25,087 nt of DNA from assembly GCA_963659395.1 (NCBI GenBank), contig CAVKTU010000003.1:1-25087 (forward strand), written 5' to 3'. Numbering within the stretch: the first letter of the stretch is position 1; every line of letters starts with the position of its first letter. Positions 24,950 through 25,087 of the stretch are shown here, piece after piece. The stretch comes from Holdemanella sp. Its GTDB lineage: Bacteria > Bacillota_I > Bacilli_A > RFN20 > CAG-826. A program made the position numbers and the translations under genes. Under the pieces are notes generated by a model, which had not been told where the DNA came from, searched no databases, and saw only the letters and a list, made by a program, of their open reading frames with translations.

Positions 24950-24985
24950 AAAACGAACAACGCATGACTTTGAATTTCCTATAAT
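24950..24985 (+). promoter_or_regulatory. Putative promoter of the GH38 gene (perfect -10, no consensus -35)
   Basis: TATAAT at 24980-24985 with AAAACG 30 nt upstream. RBS GAAAGGA precedes ATG 25021. Confidence 0.45.
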
Positions 24986-25020
24986 GAAGCCGAGGCAAAA
25001 CATTTTAGAAAGGATAGTCT

Positions 25021-25087
25021 ATGAAAAAAATGCACCTTATTTGCAATGCCCATATCGACCCGATTTGGCAATGGGAGTGGGAAGAGG
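25021..25087 (+). CDS. Alpha-mannosidase, GH38 (5' end only; runs off the window)
   Basis: Translated by hand: MKKMHLICNAHIDPIWQWEWEE. This is the HxDxxWxW Zn-binding N-terminal motif of GH38 enzymes. RBS AAAGGA; no signal peptide. Confidence 0.85.
   Translation, partial: MKKMHLICNAHIDPIWQWEWEE

Noticed and set aside
24731..25003. 90-aa minus-strand ORF in the divergent intergenic region
   Set aside because: No RBS, no recognisable motif, and it overlaps the GH38 promoter elements.
1..25087. CRISPR arrays, IS/integrase genes, rRNA/tRNA, anti-phage defence genes
   Set aside because: No regularly spaced repeats, transposase or integrase motifs, structural RNA signatures or defence-domain motifs were recognised by eye. 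Intergenic gaps are short and mostly explained.

Overview
Gene-dense bacterial window read with the standard code 11 (TGA used as stop). Firmicutes/Bacilli-like signals (AGGAG RBS, lipoproteins, cre-like operators) suggest an uncultured gut or rumen Bacilli lineage; this is an inference. Left part (1-6559): a truncated membrane protein with an E/K/A-rich stalk, a two-component pair (LytS/YesM-type kinase with a 7TM-DISM-like sensor plus a REC/SARP-like regulator), a PRK07208-like FAD oxidoreductase and an EamA transporter. Right part (6632-25087): a Gram-positive glycan-utilisation locus with a cytoplasmic GH127-like glycosidase, a secreted InlB B-repeat protein, an AraC regulator, and an ABC ATPase plus YesL/DUF624-like membrane protein. 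It also has a tightly coupled 7-gene, ~11.3 kb minus-strand operon: sugar-binding lipoprotein, two CUT1 permeases, a 999-aa Ig-rich exported protein, a DUF4838-like lipoprotein, an Ig-like lipoprotein and a Cys/His-repeat/Ig/beta-helix lipoprotein. The start of a GH38 alpha-mannosidase is divergent from this operon. The best candidate for an undescribed system is this ABC importer co-encoded with four large surface proteins, possibly a membrane-anchored glycan capture and processing assembly. No rRNA, tRNA, CRISPR array or mobile element was recognised. All family calls come from motifs recognised by eye, not from database searches.
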